A DNA stretch of 64,000 nt. Origin: an uncultured Aliarcobacter sp. (GTDB lineage Bacteria; Campylobacterota; Campylobacteria; Campylobacterales; Arcobacteraceae). Made by a program: the position numbers and the translations under genes. The stretch covers positions 736,001 to 800,000 of the forward strand of contig CAXXLV010000002.1 in assembly GCA_963664305.2 (NCBI GenBank). The letters run 5' to 3'. Positions 60,958-64,000 of this stretch are shown in pieces (within the stretch, counting starts at the first letter, position 1; every line of letters begins with the position of its first letter). The notes beneath the pieces were generated by a model. That model was not told the origin of the DNA. It saw only the letters and a list, made by a program, of their open reading frames with translations, and ran no database searches.

Positions 60958-61191
60958 TACTTGTAAGTCTAAACAATATATTTTCATACAATTTTAAAAA
61001 CATGGAATCAATATAAATTATTTAATACACTAATTACTGTTTAATTAATTGGCTAAAAATGTTACTTTTTAGAAAAGACTTTAGAAAAATAGTTATTTTT
61101 TTTCATATATCCCTAAAAAAGAGTTTTTTATGAGTAATTTATTTTTTAAAATATAATGATTAAATTATTAAATAAAAAAGGGGAAACATAA

Positions 61192-61461
61192 ATGAAAAAT
61201 ATTCTAAAGATTGGATTTGGAATAGCTCTTGGGACTATTTTATTTACTGGTTGTGGAGGACCAGATGATAAAGTTGTAAAAAATATTGCATCACAATATA
61301 GAATTAAATCAGCTACAGAATCTGATGTTAAAATTGTTAAATCATATGAAGAACATGGAAAAACAGTATTTATATTGGAAATAAAAGGAAGCATTTGTGA
61401 AATGCCAATGATTGAAATTAACAAAGAATGGTCTGCAACAGGAATAAGTTGTAGAGGATAA
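61192..61461 (+). CDS. small lipoprotein
   Basis: Lipobox FTGC, two further Cys. Confidence 0.8.
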   Translation: MKNILKIGFGIALGTILFTGCGGPDDKVVKNIASQYRIKSATESDVKIVKSYEEHGKTVFILEIKGSICEMPMIEINKEWSATGISCRG

Positions 61462-61489
61462 ATATTTAATTATATACAAGGAGAAAATT

Positions 61490-61702
61490 ATGGGTATGCC
61501 AGGTGGATTTGAATGGTTATTAATGATGATCATTATGTTAGGAATTTTAGCTATTTTTATTTATGCAATAGTTGATGTAATAAAAAGTGAATTTGAGAAT
61601 AGCATTAATAAAGTGATTTGGTTATTATTAATCTTATTTTTAGGACCTATTGGGATAATTTTATATTTCATAATTGGAAGAAAACAAAAAATAAAAAACT
61701 AA
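61490..61702 (+). CDS. PLDc_N-domain small membrane protein
   Basis: AIVDVIKS...NKVIWLLLILFLGPIGIILYFIIGRK. Confidence 0.85.
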   Translation: MGMPGGFEWLLMMIIMLGILAIFIYAIVDVIKSEFENSINKVIWLLLILFLGPIGIILYFIIGRKQKIKN

Positions 61703-61704
61703 AA

Positions 61705-61727
61705 AACATCAGCATAAAGCTGATGTT
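61705..61727. terminator. bidirectional terminator
   Basis: aacatcagc-ataaa-gctgatgtt between convergent genes. Confidence 0.7.
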
Positions 61728-61743
61728 AAAAACCTTTTAAGGT

Positions 61744-62853
61744 TTAATCTAAAGGAATTAATTTCCATCTATCATCATCGTCTCTTTCATTATATGCTCT
61801 TAGATTTGCAAAATAGTTTTCTCCATTATGAAATAAAGAATATCTACTTTGTGAAATTATATTTTTATTTTGATAAGCAGTAAATGTTGTTGAAGGTATA
61901 TATAAATAAGATTTATTGTCTTTCACATATGAAATTTTAAATGTAGGAATAGCAATATTTTTATCATTGAACATATCAATTATTGAAAATAAGATACCTG
62001 CACCAATTCCAACACCTGCTGCAGTTCCACTTGAATTTCCAGACATACTTGAAAAATTCATAGCAGTTTCCATTTTATTAATTTGATTTGTTGAAGTATT
62101 AAGTACTCCAAAATTTAAGTTTTTACCTTCTTTTTGTAATTTCTTAATTTCACTTTGATAATAGTCTCTAGAAAACTCAAAAACTACAATTTTATCAGCA
62201 TCACTTGGATTTTCAACTACAGTATAACCTGCTTTTTTAAAAGCTGTTTCTGTTCTTTTTGAATATACTTGTCTTAAAAGTTCTTTTTTTGTATAGATTT
62301 TTAAAATACCTTTATCTAATGCATACTCATCTGGATAAATTTCCCATGTAGTACCAATTTTATCTGCAAAATCAGAATCTCCAACAATTGAAGGAGCATT
62401 CTTTCTATTATCAGAAATTTTCTCAAACAGAGTTTGTTTTATATTATAAAAATCTTGATATGCTTCATTTCTTGAAGTATATTTTTTATTTGCAACAAGA
62501 CCAATTGTTTTTTCATCTGATTCAAGAGTTAACTTTATATTTAAAACTTTGTTTTCAGTATTTGCTCCTCCGACATAGTCAAATCTATCGTAAAAACTTG
62601 CATCGGAAACATTTTTAGCATCATACCAATATCTTGGTTTGATTTCTGTATTATTTATAAAATCAGCAATGTTTTTTAAGTCTTTTTCAACTGCTTCTTT
62701 ATTGTTGTCTTTATAATAAAGTTTAACTGATTTATTCTCTTCAACTTTACTGCTTCCAGGAATTTCAACTCCACCATCTAAAGTTTGAACACAACCAGTT
62801 GTACTTAATGCTATTGCAATTAAAATAATTGCATTGTAAATGAATTTTTTCAT
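61744..62853 (-). CDS. hypothetical lipoprotein
   Basis: Signal peptide ending TTGC; Gly-zipper-like AAGVGIGAGIL segment. Confidence 0.75.
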   Translation of the reverse strand: MKKFIYNAIILIAIALSTTGCVQTLDGGVEIPGSSKVEENKSVKLYYKDNNKEAVEKDLKNIADFINNTEIKPRYWYDAKNVSDASFYDRFDYVGGANTENKVLNIKLTLESDEKTIGLVANKKYTSRNEAYQDFYNIKQTLFEKISDNRKNAPSIVGDSDFADKIGTTWEIYPDEYALDKGILKIYTKKELLRQVYSKRTETAFKKAGYTVVENPSDADKIVVFEFSRDYYQSEIKKLQKEGKNLNFGVLNTSTNQINKMETAMNFSSMSGNSSGTAAGVGIGAGILFSIIDMFNDKNIAIPTFKISYVKDNKSYLYIPSTTFTAYQNKNIISQSRYSLFHNGENYFANLRAYNERDDDDRWKLIPLD

Positions 62854-63035
62854 TTTTTTTCCCTTGTATTTTTGTAATTTTTATTTTAATTATTTTTTCT
62901 TAATTATTTTGAAATAGTTATTATTTAATTAAACTTTTTAATTATTTTATTTCAAGAATACACATTTACAGGAATTTATTTAAGTATATATAAATAGTAA
63001 ATTATTATTTATTATACTTTTTAAAAAAAGAAATA

Positions 63036-63287
63036 TCAACTTCTATACAAATGCAATCCACAATGATTACAAATATGAATTCTATAAAAACTATCAGGAC
63101 CATATTCTCCCCAGTTTCTAATTGACTTTGAACCACAGTTAACACATTTAATTCCACTTCCTGTTTTACATTGAGGATTATCTTTTAAATATTCATCTAA
63201 AGTTGGCATATCAAGATGTGAACGATGTATTTTAGAAATAAAAAATAGTATTCCTATTATTACAATAAACATGAAAAAATTATCCAT
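63036..63287 (-). CDS. membrane-anchored zinc-ribbon protein
   Basis: N-terminal TM; CVNCGS...HICNHCG..LYRS. Confidence 0.75.
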   Translation of the reverse strand: MDNFFMFIVIIGILFFISKIHRSHLDMPTLDEYLKDNPQCKTGSGIKCVNCGSKSIRNWGEYGPDSFYRIHICNHCGLHLYRS

Positions 63288-63314
63288 TTAAAATCCTTTC
63301 TAATCTAGTTATAT

Positions 63315-63487
63315 TATCTATATTAGATAATATTTTATTAATTATAATCTAATATAAATATATTTGTCAATACCAAATAAACTATTTTAGATAAATAATT
63401 AATATTTAATTACTATTTTAGATATATTAGTAAGAATATAGAATTTAAATGAAAAGCTTATCTAATATAGATATCCTATGTTATAAT
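63315..63487. promoter_or_regulatory. divergent promoter region with TATCTA-N3-TAGATA operators (copy B)
   Basis: Minus-strand TTGACA (63365-63370)-N18-TATAAT (63341-63346); operators at 63315, 63379, 63410, 63459; plus-strand TGTTATAAT at 63479. Confidence 0.75.
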
Positions 63488-63520
63488 TATAATTAATATA
63501 AGACTAATAGGTATTTTTAA

Positions 63521-63760
63521 ATGACAAAAGAAGAATTTAATACAAGATTAAAAGAATTAAATATATCAATAAAAGATTTTTCACAAATAGCAGATATTCC
63601 ATATTCAACAATCAACAATTGGGGTTTTACAAAAGATGAAAAAACAATACCTGTTCCAAAATGGGTAACTCCATTTTTAGAGCATTATGAAAAATCAAAA
63701 AAATATGATTATTTAATAAGTGAAGTATCTAAAGCTGTAAAAACTTTAGAAAAAAAATAA
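63521..63760 (+). CDS. small XRE/Cro-like HTH regulator
   Basis: LKELNISIKDFSQIADIPYSTINNWG...VPKWV. Confidence 0.82.
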   Translation: MTKEEFNTRLKELNISIKDFSQIADIPYSTINNWGFTKDEKTIPVPKWVTPFLEHYEKSKKYDYLISEVSKAVKTLEKK

Positions 63761-63791
63761 ATATAATAAATTTAAATAAAAAGGATAATTT

Positions 63792-63890
63792 ATGTCAACA
63801 ACTTTAATTGCAAGTTTTATTTTAGCTTTTCCTTTAATTTTTGGACTAATAGGAATTGCTATATTTTCAGCTAAGAAAAAAGAGAATTAA
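63792..63890 (+). CDS. 32-aa single-TM membrane peptide (not in ORF track)
   Basis: AAGGA RBS; MSTTLIASFILAFPLIFGLIGIAIFSAKKKEN*. Confidence 0.6.
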   Translation: MSTTLIASFILAFPLIFGLIGIAIFSAKKKEN

Positions 63891-64000
63891 TAAAATTTTA
63901 AATTATTTGGAAAAATAGAGATAAAGGTATGTTATTTTTAACACTATTCTAAATGGTTAATTTTTTAAATTCATTTTTACAAGACTATTATAAGTCTTAT

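Larger units (their letters stand above)
39476..64000. mobile_element. tRNA-Leu-integrated genomic island / integrative element, right end beyond window
   Basis: Broken tRNA at the left edge, xis-like HTH, replication-type ATPase, XRE repressor, defence cargo, parA, tyrosine recombinase; no housekeeping genes after 39.4 kb. Confidence 0.85.

Noticed and set aside
39685..62618. Short ORFs at 39685, 42458, 43137, 46623, 46851, 47750, 53887, 60291, 61146, 61342, 62388
   Set aside because: Opposite-strand shadows of better-supported genes.

Overview
AT-rich bacterial DNA. Gene content and order (hup, monomeric icd, lolA/secA/lolC, c553, rsmH-ftsL) point to Campylobacterota, probably Arcobacteraceae; this is an inference. 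1-39.4 kb is chromosomal backbone plus an accessory block: the end of an assimilatory nitrate reductase gene, nirB-nirD-cobA, a periplasmic-binding-protein/PAS-kinase pair, a two-partner secretion locus with a divergent two-component system, rnpB, lolA, secA, lolC/E, yhdP-like, mltG, icd, mdh, a B12 glutamate-mutase (S/E/L) plus AMP-ligase operon, cytochrome c553, NlpC/P60, an RND permease, ftsL, rsmH and hup. At about 39.49 kb an integrated element begins inside the anticodon arm of a tRNA-Leu(CAA) gene. Only the 5' half of that tRNA remains, and a different, complete tRNA-Leu(CAA) lies about 80 bp further in. Next come an xis/AAA-ATPase/XRE switch module and a two-micropeptide operon. An ~11 kb minus-strand defence-like operon follows: sbcD'-'sbcC deletion chimera, uncharacterised 606-aa putative nuclease, Hachiman hamA-hamB, DUF2779 dual nuclease, SF1 helicase-DUF2726 and two membrane proteins. 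A plasmid-like backbone (parA and partner, NYN, short tyrosine recombinase, RNase H-like protein) and a duplicated promoter/operator cassette run to the window end. The other end of the element is not in the window. All family calls come from motif recognition by eye; no searches were run.
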